The notes: generated by a model not told the origin, from the letters alone. 63,404 nucleotides of DNA, filler included, from Octopus bimaculoides (GCF_001194135.2; 6 parts of 5 records of this genome joined end to end with filler, not necessarily neighbours in it), one strand, 5' to 3'. Counted from the whole stretch's first letter, positions 36,565 to 51,206 are shown. Program-made: numbers and translations.

Positions 36565-36993
36565 TACTCTCTTTGCTCTTTACTCTTTTACTTGTTTCAG
36601 CTATTTGACTGTGGCCATGCTGGAGCACCACCTTTTAGTCGAGCTAATCGACCCCAGGACTTATTCTTTGGAAGCCTAGTACTTACTCTATCGGTCTCTT
36701 TTTGCCGAACCGTTAAGTTACGGGGACGTAAACACACCAGCATCGGTTGTCAAACGGTGTTAGAGGGACAAACACAGACACACAAACATATACACACACA
36801 CATACATACATATATATATATACATATATACGACGGGCTTCTTTCAGTTTCTGTCTACCAAATCCACTCACAAGGCTTTGGTCGGCCTGAGGCTATAGTA
36901 GAAGATACGTGCCGAAGGTGCCACGTAGTGGGACTGAACCCGGAACCATGTGGTTGGTAAGCAAGCTACTTACCAGACAGCCACTCCTACACC
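36565..36993 (-). mobile_element. Complete family 1 SINE
   Basis: Reverse complement of 24921-25340, including the (CTTTTA) tail repeats and the head. Confidence 0.92.
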
Positions 36994-38126
36994 TATGGGG
37001 TGAAAGTTGTACATGTATAAAAATCTATAGATGTGTATGTAAATAGAATTGCGCAAAATTTTTCACAAAATTCAGTGTTTACATACAAAATGCAAATTAA
37101 CAAACAAACCAAAATCCAAAAATATAGAAATGGGATTTCGCAAGATTAATGAAATACGAAAATTGTATGGTCGTACAGTTACGACATTATACAGTTACGA
37201 ACTTGTAAAACCTTAAATTTCAATGTTCAAACATATAGAAATGAAAAAATATAAAATACGATGTGCAGAAAATGAAATTCAAAATGCAAACAAGCTTGCT
37301 TCCCAATCATGTGGTCTTGGGTTCAGTTCCACTGCGTGAACTACAGTCATACTGGCGCACTGCCATCAAGGCTTTAGTCAAACGATCCTAGTACTTTTTT
37401 CAGGTATAGTTCATCCTAACTGTCATTAGTTGTTTTTTTTTGTTTGTTTTTTTGCCAAATCGCTAACTGACTGAGATGGAAACAAACAAACACAGATTGT
37501 CAAGTGGTGCGGGTGACAAACTCAAACACAATGACACACACACGCATACATACAAACATACATAATACAAACATACATACATACATACATACATGCATGC
37601 ATGCTTGTATCCATACATACATATACATAAATACATGCCTGCATATATGCATATGCATATACATACGCATGTATGTGTGTGTGTGTGTGTGTGTGTGTGG
37701 TGTAACGGATATGTGCACCAAATAAATCACAGGAGAAAAATAATAGTTGAAATGGCTTTTATTTTACTGTTACAGTATCTTCGAGTTGTTATACAAAGAT
37801 TAGTCGAAATTCTAGCGTCCATTTTGAAGGTTGTTGTGTTCATCTATCTGGGTGAATGATAGGGGACGGATGGAAGAAGGAAAGAGAAAGAGTAATATGA
37901 TTTACCTTTCTGAATTGGTAAGTAGAAAGGGTGAAAGTTGTATAGTCCCTCGGTAACATGGAAAAGGAGCTTCTGCCAGCCGCCACATACTTAATATATA
38001 GTATCTTCTAAAAATAACGAGCATTTCTGAAATTGTTGCGGAGGTAAATTATACCCAACAACAAACACCGATGAAAAGTCACAGGTACGTGTTTGATATC
38101 AGATAGGTGGGCTTGCAATGTTTAAG

Positions 38127-38164
<38 letters not shown>

Positions 38165-38732
38165 NNNNNNNNNNNNNNNNNNNNNNNNNNNNNNNNNNNN
38201 NNNNNNNNNNNNNNNNNNNNNNNNNNNNNNNNNNNNNNNNNNNNNNNNNNNNNNNNNNNNNNNNNNNNNNNNNNNNNNNNNNNNNNNNNNNNNNNNNNNN
38301 NNNNNNNNNNNNNNNNNNNNNNNNNNNNNNNNNNNNNNNNNNNNNNNNNNNNNNNNNNNNNNNNNNNNNNNNNNNNNNNNNNNNNNNNNNNNNNNNNNNN
38401 NNNNNNNNNNNNNNNNNNNNNNNNNNNNNNNNNNNNNNNNNNNNNNNNNNNNNNNNNNNNNNNNNNNNNNNNNNNNNNNNNNNNNNNNNNNNNNNNNNNN
38501 NNNNNNNNNNNNNNNNNNNNNNNNNNNNNNNNNNNNNNNNNNNNNNNNNNNNNNNNNNNNNNNNNNNNNNNNNNNNNNNNNNNNNNNNNNNNNNNNNNNN
38601 NNNNNNNNTAGAGAGGATGGTGGAGGGAGGAAGTGGAACAAGGAGGAAGGGACAGAAGGGTATAGCAGTGAAGTAGAGGCCAGGACAGAGGGATAGATAG
38701 AAAGATAGAGGAAGACAGATAGATAAATAAAT

Positions 38733-38807
<75 letters not shown>

Positions 38808-39525
38808 GTCACGTCAGAATAATAATAGTAGACTTACTTGCAAAAAAGGACGTGTGCGTTCAATAATGTAATAATACAAAGAATATATATATATATATAT
38901 AGTACTTGTTTCAGCCAATTGACTGCAGCTATACTGGAGCACTGCTTAGTTGTGAAATTGCGAACCTTTCTTTAATTGTCTTGATTCGTTGATGAGAGCA
39001 TCCATACACAGACTATCGAAGGACGGTGGATGCTTGCCAAAAAGAAACTCGAGTCACAATGTTGATTATATGTGGCAAAACAGGTGAAAATGTTATATGT
39101 ATGTTCTATGCATCGTTTTCATGTGAAATTAATATGATGAAATAATGGGATTTCACGATCGTCACTTCCGGTATCTCTCTGAATTTACATTGTTTTCCAA
39201 TATTAAACTGCATGTTAACAGTTGAAGCACTTTGAAGCCGTTGTTTAATATGAAGAAATGAGGCTTATTTGACAAAGTAACGGCGTCGAATTGACCCGTT
39301 GAAACCCTGCTAGTCGTCGTGAGGTCCAGTTTCAAGCATAACATTTCGGAGTGGTGAATTTCAAAACTTAATGATGATAACTATTTAAAAATTCTGAAGA
39401 CATTATGATAAGTCTACGGTGATATTCAGTAGAAATAACGAAAAGAGCTAGCTTTCTGGAAAGACCGGTTTGAGACTGTCTTTCACAAACAAGCAGGGAG
39501 TCAGACAATTACGAGATGATTTGCT

Positions 39526-39685
39526 TTACATCGACCCAAGTACTTGGCTGGTACTTAATTTATCGACCCCGAAAGGATGAAAGGCAAAGTCGACCTCGGC
39601 GGAATTTGAACTCAAAACGTAATGACGAGTGAAATACCGCTAAGCATTTTGCCCGGCGTGCTAACGTTTCTGCCAGCTCACCGAC
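39526..39685 (-). mobile_element. Family 2 SINE
   Basis: ATCGACCCCGAAAGGATGAAAGGCAAAGTCGACCTCGGCGGAATTTGAACTC...GCCAGCTCACCG. Confidence 0.88.
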
Positions 39686-40328
39686 TTGTTTAAACTAAAT
39701 AATAAACCTCATTAGTTTTACTTAGAAGTGACTTGTTAAATGCGATGTGTATTACTTCTTTTCAAATTGATGAATCATAAGCATGTACTATGCATAGTAC
39801 ATGTGTTTGTATCAATGTGTTCCTTTGTGCAATTAATATGTTGAGTGACGTCATTCATTGGATTACGTATTTTGATAAAGAAATCGTGACGGATAACTAA
39901 AAACTAGTTGATTGTTTATTTGAATAATTAGACGAACGACTAAACTGATGGTCATCAATAATTTAAAAGAAATAATTTTAGAAAATCAATAGCCCCTGCT
40001 AATCATTTTATAATGTATGCACTGTAAAGTTTTCTTTTTATATTTCGTACTTTACAATTCATACATTCAAGACGTTGTAGCATAATTCTATTTTACCAAA
40101 GAATGAAAAGTAATATTGCTATAATATAATTCCTTAAGATTCGATTGCACTGGAGATATGACAGTATTAGCGTACGGCTGAATATCTTCTAGAATGTTAA
40201 ATCCTGCTGTCAAAAGGAGGATAATAATGCCATCAAAACTGTGCTAATGTTGGTAAGGACAAATGAACAGACAAATTGATGAGATAATTCGGCAATTCAG
40301 CATTCACTACAGGAAGATCTTTTTTCTT

Positions 40329-40371
<43 letters not shown>

Positions 40372-40595
40372 CAATTGATCATAGAAATAATAAAGCTGCT
40401 TTCGATTGTGGCGTGTTAGAAGTCTTCGTAATAAACGGACAGATTGTAGCTGATTTGAAGCTGAAAATACCAATAAAAAGTCGGACTGTCAGAAGGTGCT
40501 TTTGACTTTTGGTATGAAGTTCCCTGCTTCATTTGAAACTACAAATAAAAGGAATGTCTTTAACAATACGCAGACGATACATTTCATCATCATCG

Positions 40596-40656
<61 letters not shown>

Positions 40657-40662
40657 TATTAC

Positions 40663-40713
<51 letters not shown>

Positions 40714-41066
40714 CATCATCATTGTTATTAATTTTTCTATTAAGACGGCGAGCTGGAAGAAGCATTNNNNNNNNNNNNNNNNNNNNNNNNNNNNNNNNNN
40801 NNNNNNNNNNNNNNNNNNNNNNNNNNNNNNNNNNNNNNNNNNNNNNNNNNNNNNNNNNNNNNNNNNNNNNNNNNNNNNNNNNNNNNNNNNNNNNNNNNNN
40901 NNNNNNNNNNNNNNNNNNNNNNNNNNNNNNNNNNNNNNNNNNNNNNNNNNNNNNNNNNNNNNNNNNNNNNNNNNNNNNNNNNNNNNNNNCGACTTTGCCA
41001 TTTATCCTTACAGGGTCGGTAAAGTAAGTACCAGTTGAACACTGGGGTCGATGTGATCGACTTGAG

Positions 41067-41115
<49 letters not shown>

Positions 41116-41413
41116 GAGTGAGTGAGAGAACAGTGCATGCCATCAAAGTGACACTGGGGTAAAATATACGAAGTCCAGTATACCCATCATGACTATCCGT
41201 CTGATAAGGGTACACCAGGTACATGCATCACAACCACATGTGCGTGACATGGTGATCTCATATCAAGATAAACAGCTCATGACCTCGCAGGTGGGGCCCA
41301 GTTAGAATTTTCTTCAGGTTGAGTAGCCCATCCCACTCAAAAGGTCCCTAAATAAGATTTGTTTAAGGATGTTGAGCAAAACACCCATGTTTCCAAAGGT
41401 GAATTATTCAAAC
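41116..41413 (-). mobile_element. Unclassified (TAA)n-tailed element (Dong 3' UTR or dependent non-autonomous element)
   Basis: On the minus strand it ends ...CTCTCACTCACTC and runs into (AAT)n (41069-41115), like the Dong 3' ends elsewhere in the window. No ORF. Confidence 0.45.
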
Positions 41414-41469
41414 GAATTTTATGTATTCATACCAGATTTGTTTGGCAGCCTCTTAGTAGACGTCTACAG

Positions 41470-41670
41470 TAACAGGCAGCAGAATGGGAGAATTCCTAGT
41501 ACTGTTAGCTGAGAAAGAACACCGACAATGAGGACGCGATAGGGAATTTTCGGTCCATAACTCTGCTAGACACAAAGATTTTGGCCAAGGTGCTATCGAA
41601 AAAGTTGGCGCTTATCGTCCGTAGTCTGGACAGGGAGGCACAAACGGGCGCAATCATGAGCAGGTCTATC
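41470..41670 (+). mobile_element. L1/Tx1-type reverse transcriptase fragment
   Basis: DAIGNFRSITLLDTKILAKVLSKKLALIVRSLDREAQTGAIMSRSI matches NFRPITLLNxxxKILAKVLAxRL..QT...GRSI. Confidence 0.8.
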
Positions 41671-42083
41671 GGGCGGCGGCGTCGGACGCTAGACTGACGG
41701 ACCAGTAATTTGGAGGGCAGGATGCAAGTCTATTACATGGACCTCAGTGCTCGACTGGTACTTATTTTGTCGACTCCGAAAGGATGTAAGGCAAAGTCGA
41801 CATCGGCGAAATATGAACTCAGAACGTGAAGACAGACAATGCCACTAAGCAATTTTTCTGGCATGTTACCGATTCTTCTACCACGCCACCTTAACTAAAT
41901 CTAAATATTAAAATCTTCTACAGCGTATCGATAGCTTGCAACAGATTCTGCCATGTCCACCTTCACAACACATTATCACTCATATTCTACAAACTATAGC
42001 CGTATCAACCGGTTTAGTAAATACTGGATACATATACTGGAAAACAATTGATCAACCACTACACACACACACACCCTCTCTCT

Positions 42084-42123
<40 letters not shown>

Positions 42124-42441
42124 TCTCTCTTTGACTCTCTCTCCCTCTCTCTCTCTCCCTCCAATTGGTCTTGTGCCTAAGAAGGAAATCGATAGTTCCA
42201 GTCTTTTCTGGTTTTAAGTTTAGGAAATTTAAAACCGGAATGACAAATATCTATTCAAGATTATTTTGTTATATAGCAATAGTAAAAGTTTTATGTATTC
42301 AGCAAGTCACTAACGAGATTTAGTAACTTCTGCAGCTCAATCTGGTTTACATCTTTTAAAATATGATCTTTGTGCAGATTAACAACAAGAAGGATCAAAT
42401 TCCAAATATACTCGAAGCTGCTTAACTAACTCTGCTTAAGT

Positions 42442-42486
<45 letters not shown>

Positions 42487-42818
42487 GTCATCATCATCAT
42501 CAGTTTTTCAGTGTTTGTTTTTATACTGTGATGAAATTAAGCTCGACATAACACAACTTTGGTGTCTGCAAAATATTTAGCGGAGATATTTCCTTATTTG
42601 CTTATATGCATAATCCTATACATAATATAAATCTTCATGTTGCAATAATTCTATTAAACATTCCACTGTTAAAACTATATCTTACAATATTCAAAGTGAG
42701 TGAGCATTATCTGCTCCATTATATTATGAAACCTTCCTTTAATATAACAGTGAACGGAAGGATACCATCTGATCAATGCAATCTACTAGTTCAAATTGTA
42801 CTACATACATGGTGTTGA

Positions 42819-43203
42819 GGAGGCGCAATGGCCCAGTGGTTAGGGCAGAGGACTCGCGGTCATAGGATCGCGGTTTCGATTCCCAGACCGGGCATTGTGA
42901 GTGTTTATTGAGCGAAAACACCTAAAGCTCCAAGAGGCTCCGGCAGGGGATGGTGGCGAACCCTGCTGTACTTTTCCACCACAACTTTCTCTCACTCTTT
43001 CTTCCTGTTTCTGTTGTGCCTGTAATTCAAAGGGTCAGCCTTGTCACATTGTGTCACGCTGAATATCTCCCAGAGAATTACGTTAAGGGCATACGTGTCT
43101 GTGGAGTGCTCAGCCACTTGCACGTTAATTTCATGAGCAGGTTGTTCCGTTGATCAGATCAACTGGAACCCTCGACGTCGTAAGCGACGGAGTGCCAACA
43201 ACA
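42819..43203 (+). mobile_element. Complete family 3 tRNA-derived SINE
   Basis: GGAGGCGCAATGGCCCAGTGGTTAG (A box), GGTTTCGATTCCC (B box), tail ...GACGGAGTGCCAACAAC. Confidence 0.9.
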
Positions 43204-44096
43204 GTGGTGGTGAGGGGTGGGTTATATTGTATAGCTCATCCATGGACAACATACGGCTTGAAAAGGTTTACCTGTAACTGATTTAGCCCCTGGTCAATCA
43301 TGATTTAGAGGACCTGAGATCAAAAGACATTCCAGACAGGGCCACCTAAGTTTTCAAAGTGTATCTAGTGTATCATTTTATTACTTAAAATGATAGAATG
43401 CGTTTCAGAAAGATTTAACTATTGTTTCTGGTAGGTTGAGTGACCACGTACAGGCTCCCACTTTTGGTTCATCTCTATCCAAATTAAATCCATATATACA
43501 AACAAAATGCATCCAATAAACTAATAAAGCACTCGTTGATTCTACAATGCTACCACTTCTTACAATAGCGAATCCGAAATCTGAAACCAAAATCCCACCC
43601 GTATCTTCATGTTCTACTTGATTTAGCCTCTGATCAATTCGAGACTGTTTAAGAGCATGTACCGACATCTCGTGTAATTGTTCTTATAAGATCGGAACCA
43701 AAACCAACAGGGACTGATCTTTGGTGAAAAGTTTGAAAGAAGTAGTAGTCTTAGACAATAACATTCAAAAGAGTCAACCCTGCACTTAGCTCTCTGTCTC
43801 TAATGAACAACCAAGAAACGAGATGAGAAAGTACAACACAACTAAAATGAGGCAATGTATTCAACATTACTGCCGGATCTCTAGTTCTCAGAAGAATCTC
43901 GGAATCCAGCTTGATATCTTACAGAACGAGTTAGTTAACGTAGCTGTGGTGGATGCTTTATTAGGTATACAGACTCCAAAGTTCCGGATGATTTTCAATG
44001 TTTCCTGCGAGAAACATGATAGTGAATTTGCTTTTAGAAGTTGAAATATATCACAAACATATTTTAACCTAAAGTTCGCGTGTGTATTTGTATATA

Positions 44097-44160
44097 CAGT
44101 ATCTCATAGAAGTATGTATACCTACCCAAAAATTCAGTAAAATTGTCATTACTCTGATAA
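44097..44160 (+). mobile_element. Isolated left TIR of the Tc1 family found at 47310-48446
   Basis: TA|CAGTATCTCATAGAAGTATGTA...AAATTGTCATTACTCTGATAA matches the reverse complement of 48377-48446. Confidence 0.8.
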
Positions 44161-46395
44161 CTAATGGAAAATATAAGGCAAGCCAGCGTAGGCGCTTCTA
44201 CGTGGCTACTAGAAACAGGAGTTAAATATACTCAAATCAAATTAAATAATCTAGCCAAAGCTAGAATCCTTCTAGTCATAAATCTACTCAACGAAGGGAG
44301 ATCTAAAGCGAAACAACAGCATAGGAAGATGGTTATATTGATAGTCTTAAAATACCGTAAAGTCGATAACAACGGTAGAATTACTTGTTTACGTAGAGTA
44401 CCTGAATTAGAAATATGAAGTCGGTATGTTAAACCCTTCAATAAACCAGATATTGGAAGCTGAAAGATCAGTAAAATCATTTTATCAATTGTACCAAATA
44501 AGAATAGAGGAGAATAGTATGAAGTTGCACTAGAAAAAGCAGTTAAATTCCTTTAAATCACACCTTGTCGTCTGAAAAAAGGAAGGATAAATTGTAGGGT
44601 AGTCATAGGTATGCAAAAATACAGGATGGTCACAGTTCAAATACCTTCCAATATGAGTCCTTTTTAGTCAGGGCTGGCCCGGGGTTAAACAACAGTGTCA
44701 TATTGGAGTGTACTTCATGATCATAAACAAGCGAGGGAGGCTCTATGTGATCGCACAACTTGATAAAAATTGTCACAATTCTTCCTCAAACAGCGAATAC
44801 CTTTTTGAAAAGGAATATATTCGAAAGGAAGTCCAGAAGTACGATATTACCGAAAAGAAACACGGGAATGTAATAGTTTGAATGTTCTTGATCGTAGGCC
44901 TGATCGATCGGAGCAACAACAACAGCAGCAACAACTGCAACAACAACAACACAACAACAGCAGCAGCAGCAACAACAACTACAAACAAATAGTAATCCTA
45001 CTATATTATCAAGTACATCCTGCCCTGTTTATATTTGAAATCTCCAACAGGAAGCATTATCAAATTTCTCATTACTTTAAGTCAGACGCCATGCGTTATG
45101 AAGCGAGATGAAAAAAAAATCAGATGAGATCATCCATGCAATTAGTAGACAAAACCTCATTTACTTGCTACTAATTAGATTTTAAACGACGCTAAGTCTG
45201 TATAAAATTTTAAAACAGCAAGCATGGGATGGAAGTTTTTTTAACAATATAGACAAAGCAGAGTCGTGTGTCTCTAGTTCTTAAAGCCAACTGATGAACG
45301 CAAAGGACATGTTTTTGGCATTGTTAAATCTCCTCCACGAAACATATGGTCTTATGAAGGCAAGAGAGTTGTAATATATTGCTTTAATTCTTTATAATCG
45401 TTGTATAAGCTCTTTGGGAGTTGACATTTTAATTTCCTTTTCTTATATTTATTCGATGGTGGATAGAAAGGTTTGGTACTTTCCTACCCAGTAATCTTCC
45501 AGTATTGAGCTTTCTTTCTCATTCAGCTCATAGAGGGCCGGTAAAAGAATTGATGGGGCCACGATAAGACTACTCATTTCGTTACCCCTTTTTTATGTAA
45601 GTGAATCGGAGAGAGTGTGATAAGAACAAAAGGAAAAGATGGATCCGGTGAGATTTGAAACCAGAACGCAGAGACTGGACGAATTACGGCAAGACATTCC
45701 ATCGGGCACTCTAGAGGTTCTGCCAAGTGACCGCATTTCAGCACTCCCACTGACTACAAGATATTTCGTTTTAAGAATAGTACCCTACCACCACCACCAC
45801 CACCACTACCACTGATTTCAGGGTTAGGGTTAGGATAGAAAGATGGGATAGAAGAGAATAAAGACAGAAAGAAAGAAAAGAAAGAATGAAATTGAAAACT
45901 GAAAAGATAAAACAAACCGAGGATCTAAAACGAATGCTTGGCAGGAGCTGAAAAAAACACGTCTTACCAGACATTGGTCAAGTAGAAGAAGGAAAGGGGA
46001 TAAAAAAATCTGGATGGTCATGTGGCACCAAAAAGTGAAGGGAAGGAGACCAATAGAGAGGAGTAGGGAAGGGTTGAAGAAGAGCAGGTACGAAGAAAAA
46101 GGAGGTGCAATGAAAGAAGGGAAAAAAAGATAATCAGTAAGTAGTTGAGAGAGATGGACAGAGAAAGAATGGAAAGTAGTAAAGAGAGATATGCCGCAGA
46201 TAGATAGAGATAGCTGATAGAAACAGAGATGAGAAGAGATGGATAGAAAAGGGAGATAATGTCGACTGGTGTGTGGAGTGCCCCACGGAGTGGGAATAGA
46301 AGTGGATGCGCGGGGTTACATTGACTAATAACTATAAAATGTTGTACAGAAAGTCGACATTATATAAATGTATATATATTTAAACAATAAGAGTG

Positions 46396-46444
<49 letters not shown>

Positions 46445-47309
46445 CATTTCTTTTATTAGCCACACAGGGCTCAACGAAGATGGGACAAATACAATGTAGA
46501 GCTTTTCTTTTTGGGAGGGGGAAGGAAGGNNNNNNNNNNNNNNNNNNNNNNNNNNNNNNNNNNNNNNNNNNNNNNNNNNNNNNNNNNNNNNNNNNNNNNN
46601 NNNNNNNNNNNNNNNNNNNNNNNNNNNNNNNNNNNNNNNNNNNNNNNNNNNNNNNNNNNNNNNNNNNNNNNNNNNNNNNNNNNNNNNNNNNNNNNNNNNN
46701 NNNNNNNNNNNNNNNNNNNNNNNNNNNNNNNNNNNNNNNNNNNNNNNNNNNNNNNNNNNNNNNNNNNNNNNNNNNNNNNNNNNNNNNNNNNNNNNNNNNN
46801 NNNNNNNNNNNNNNNNNNNNNNNNNNNNNNNNNNNNNNNNNNNNNNNNNNNNNNNNNNNNNNNNNNNNNNNNNNNNNNNNNNNNNNNNNNNNNNNNNNNN
46901 NNNNNNNNNNNNNNNNNNNNNNNNNNNNNNNNNNNNNNNNNNNNNNNNNNNNNNNNNNNNNNNNNNNNNNNNNNNNNNNNNNNNNNNNNNNNNNNNNNNN
47001 NNNNNNNNNNNNNNNNNNNNNNNNNNNNNNNNNNNNNNNNNNNNNNNNNNNNNNNNNNNNNNNNNNNNNNNNNNNNNNNNNNNNNNNNNNNNNNNNNNNN
47101 NNNNNNNNNNNNNNNNNNNNNNNNNNNNNNNNNNNNNNNNNNNNNNNNNNNNNNNNNNNNNNNNNNNNNNNNNNNNNNNNNNNNNNNNNNNNNNNNNNNN
47201 NNNNNNNNNNNNNNNNNNNNNNNNNNNNNNNNNNNNNNNNNNNNNNNNNNNNNNNNNNNNNNNNNNNNNNNNNNNNNNNNNNNNNNNNNNNNNNNNNNNN
47301 NNNNNNNNC

Positions 47310-48446
47310 ATATTAGCGTAAACACAGTTGCCAAAGTAATTCAGAAGTACAAAGCTACTGGACAGCTAAGCAATAAACATCATCTAGGTTGTCCTTCTAG
47401 TTTAACTGCGCATGATATTCGCCACGTTGCGTGATGGACGACAGGCGTCGTACTGTTTCATCTTTGGCCCAAGAAGTGTCTTCTGTTAATGGAAAGAGTG
47501 TATCCGCCCAAACATTTCGCCGCAGTTTGAACCAGAGTGGTCTTCATGGACGCATTCCTCGTAGGAAGCCTCTCTTCACTACCAGGCATAAATCAAGTCA
47601 TCTTTCTTTTGCGTGAGTAAGAGGAAGGAGTTTTGGAATAAAATTCTTTTTTCTGACGGGACTAAAATCAACTTGTTTGGGTCAGATGGTATTCAAAGAG
47701 TATGGCTACGATCAGGTGAAGATAATAGCGACAAATGCACCGTGTCTACCGTGAAACATGGCGGTGGAAGTGTTATGCTTTGGGGATGCATGAGTGCAGT
47801 TGGTGTGGGAGGACTCACACTTATTAAGAGAATAATAGATTCAAATCTTTATTGTGACATATTGCAGAAAACAATGTGAAAAGCATCAAGGAACTAAGAA
47901 GCCATTCCATGTTCCAACATGATAATGACCCTGAACAGACTTCAAAGATGACGACCAAGTTTCTATCAGAGAAAAAGGTAAATGTATTGCCTAGGCCTAT
48001 GATGTCACCTAATTTAAACCCAATAGAACATCTGTGGGGTGTTTTGAAAAGGAAGGTTGGAGAGAAAGAACACCGCAATGTAACACAATTGAAAGACATC
48101 ATTCCGGATGGAGATCGTTTTCATTAGGTATATGCGGAAGTTTAGTCGACTCTGTGCCCAGAAGACTTTAATGCAGTTATTGAAAGCAATGGTGGTCACA
48201 CCAAATATTGGATATAGCAACTAATCCTTTAGAGTCTACATATTTTTGTATCATTGAAAATTAATATTTCGTTCATATCTTTGAAAATGTTTATTGTTTT
48301 GTGTTCCAAATTTATATAATGTTTGCATGTATAATATATTTTATTCAGCATAAATTTCGTTTGATTTGCATCGATATTATCAGAGTAATGGCAATTTTAG
48401 TGAAATTTTTTTAGGGATGTACATACTTCTGTGCTGTGAGATACTG
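47310..48446 (+). mobile_element. Tc1 DNA transposon (DD34E transposase pseudogene plus right TIR); 5' part lost in the gap
   Basis: RIPRRKPL, WNKILFSDGTKINLFGSDG, TVKHGGGSVMLWGCM, FQHDNDP..SPNLNPIEHLW (34 residues between D and E), GGHTKY. Ends GAGATACTG|TA (48447-48). Confidence 0.93.
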
Positions 48447-49176
48447 TATCNNNNNNNNNNNNNNNNNNNNNNNNNNNNNNNNNNNNNNNNNNNNNNNNNN
48501 NNNNNNNNNNNNNNNNNNNNNNNNNNNNNNNNNNNNNNNNNNNNNNNNNNNNNNNNNNNNNNNNNNNNNNNNNNNNNNNNNNNNNNNNNNNNNNNNNNNN
48601 NNNNNNNNNNNNNNNNNNNNNNNNNNNNNNNNNNNNNNNNNNNNNNNNNNNNNNNNNNNNNNNNNNNNNNNNNNNNNNNNNNNNNNNNNNNNNNNNNNNN
48701 NNNNNNNNNNNNNNNNNNNNNNNNNNNNNNNNNNNNNNNNNNNNNNNNNNNNNNNNNNNNNNNNNNNNNNNNNNNNNNNNNNNNNNNNNNNNNNNNNNNN
48801 NNNNNNNNNNNNNNNNNNNNNNNNNNNNNNNNNNNNNNNNNNNNNNNNNNNNNNNNNNNNNNNNNNNNNNNNNNNNNNNNNNNNNNNNNNNNNNNNNNNN
48901 NNNNNNNNNNNNNNNNNNNNNNNNNNNNNNNNNNNNNNNNNNNNNNNNNNNNNNNNNNNNNNNNNNNNNNNNNNNNNNNNNNNNNNNNNNNNNNNNNNNN
49001 NNNNNNNNNNNNNNNNNNNNNNNNNNNNNNNNNNNNNNNNNNNNNNNNNNNNNNNNNNNNNNNNNNNNNNNNNNNNNNNNNNNNNNNNNNNNNNNNNNNN
49101 NNNNNNNNNNNNNNNNNNNNNNNNNNNNNNNNNNNNNNNNNNNNNNNNNNNNNNNNNNNNNNNNNNNNNNNNNNNN

Positions 49177-49216
<40 letters not shown>

Positions 49217-49218
49217 AA

Positions 49219-49263
<45 letters not shown>

Positions 49264-49413
49264 CACACTCATAATCATATATATTTATTTACACAATGCA
49301 ATTATACCGATGCAGGTCTTATTAAATAGCTTGGGATATTAATTAAACTGGTTAGTTACATTGTTATTTAATACGTCATCAGTGTTCACTCATCTCTGTC
49401 CCTATCTCTCCCT

Positions 49414-49445
<32 letters not shown>

Positions 49446-51168
49446 CCCAAACTACCAATGATAGTAACTGGAAGTCACTACGTAAATTTAAACATAATTT
49501 ATGACTAACGTAACTAATTTAGAAAATGGTACATGGTTAATCAACGACTGTCAATAATTACTTCTCTAGCAATAATGAAGTTTGGATTATGAACAAATAT
49601 GCATATGTAGTAGTATCCTGGTATATGAGGCGTCGATGTAAAATTAAGCGGACGAACCTTGTACCATTATGTAAATTAGCTATATCAATCGCTAACTGTG
49701 TTTATGTTTTAATAAGTAACCTTCAGATGCCATCATTGGTAGCTTGGGAGAGAGGGGTAAGTGAAAATTGAGGAAATGTTTGTAATAAGTGTGATCTTGA
49801 TCCCATGCTATCAAAAAGATCCTTTCGAGACTAATTTCGTAGCGACACTAACTACAAGTAGATATGGTTTAGTGCACACGCGCACATGAACAAGCACATA
49901 CAGACATTCAGACATACATGCACACATGTATATACATATACAAGTATACACACACACACACACACACGTACACACACACACACACACACANNNNNNNNNN
50001 NNNNNNNNNNNNNNNNNNNNNNNNNNNNNNNNNNNNNNNNNNNNNNNNNNNNNNNNNNNNNNNNNNNNNNNNNNNNNNNNNNNNNNNNNNNNNNNNNNNN
50101 NNNNNNNNNNNNNNNNNNNNNNNNNNNNNNNNNNNNNNNNNNNNNNNNNNNNNNNNNNNNNNNNNNNNNNNNNNNNNNNNNNNNNNNNNNNNNNNNNNNN
50201 NNNNNNNNNNNNNNNNNNNNNNNNNNNNNNNNNNNNNNNNNNNNNNNNNNNNNNNNNNNNNNNNNNNNNNNNNNNNNNNNNNNNNNNNNNNNNNNNNNNN
50301 NNNNNNNNNNNNNNNNNNNNNNNNNNNNNNNNNNNNNNNNNNNNNNNNNNNNNNNNNNNNNNNNNNNNNNNNNNNNNNNNNNNNNNNNNNNNNNNNNNNN
50401 NNNNNNNNNNNNNNNNNNNNNNNNNNNNNNNNNNNNNNNNNNNNNNNNNNNNNNNNNNNNNNNNNNNNNNNNNNNNNNNNNNNNNNNNNNNNNNNNNNNN
50501 NNNNNNNNNNNNNNNNNNNNNNNNNNNNNNNNNNNNNNNNNNNNNNNNNNNNNNNNNNNNNNNNNNNNNNNNNNNNNNNNNNNNNNNNNNNNNNNNNNNN
50601 NNNNNNNNNNNNNNNNNNNNNNNNNNNNNNNNNNNNNNNNNNNNNNNNNNNNNNNNNNNNNNNNNNNNNNNNNNNNNNNNNNNNNNNNNNNNNNNNNNNN
50701 NNNNNNNNNNNNNNNNNNNNNNNNNNNNNNNNNNNNNNNNNNNNNNNNNNNNNNNNNNNNNNNNNNNNNNNNNNNNNNNNNNNNNNNNNNNNNNNNNNNN
50801 NNNNNNNNNNNNNNNNNNNNNNNNNNNNNNNNNNNNNNNNNNNNNNNNNNNNNNNNNNNNNNNNNNNNNNNNNTGCGTGTGTGCGTGTGTGTATGTGTGT
50901 GTGTTTGTGCGTGTGCGAGCGTGCACTCACGCATGCGTGTATTTATTTGTTTTGTTGTGCTGTTATTATACTATTTCTTGGTTGTGTACCATAAAATTTA
51001 TAAAGAATTTTATATCAGGGTCGAAATAGGTAAACATATGGTAATTTCATTAATGGCATTCATAGTATGTATAAATGATAATTTGGGCGGTTGATATTTT
51101 GCCAGAGTAAACACTATATTGGAGGATTTTACTACTTAGCAAGTCAACCACGTACACTGTCTACTTAC

Positions 51169-51206
51169 ACAGTCAGTGATTCACAGACTTTACGTCTAGG
51201 AATGAC
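51169..51206 (-). other. Candidate 38-nt exon
   Basis: Minus strand: TTTTCTTTCGCTTTAG | GTCATT...GACTGT | GTAAGTAG. One frame is open (VIPRRKVCESLT); it could equally be UTR. Confidence 0.4.

Noticed and set aside
43405-43668. Kinase fragment (ILVSDFGFA)
   Set aside because: No other kinase subdomains in frame. The neighbouring plus strand (KNLGIQLD, about 43890) looks like an old LINE relic, so DFG is probably chance.
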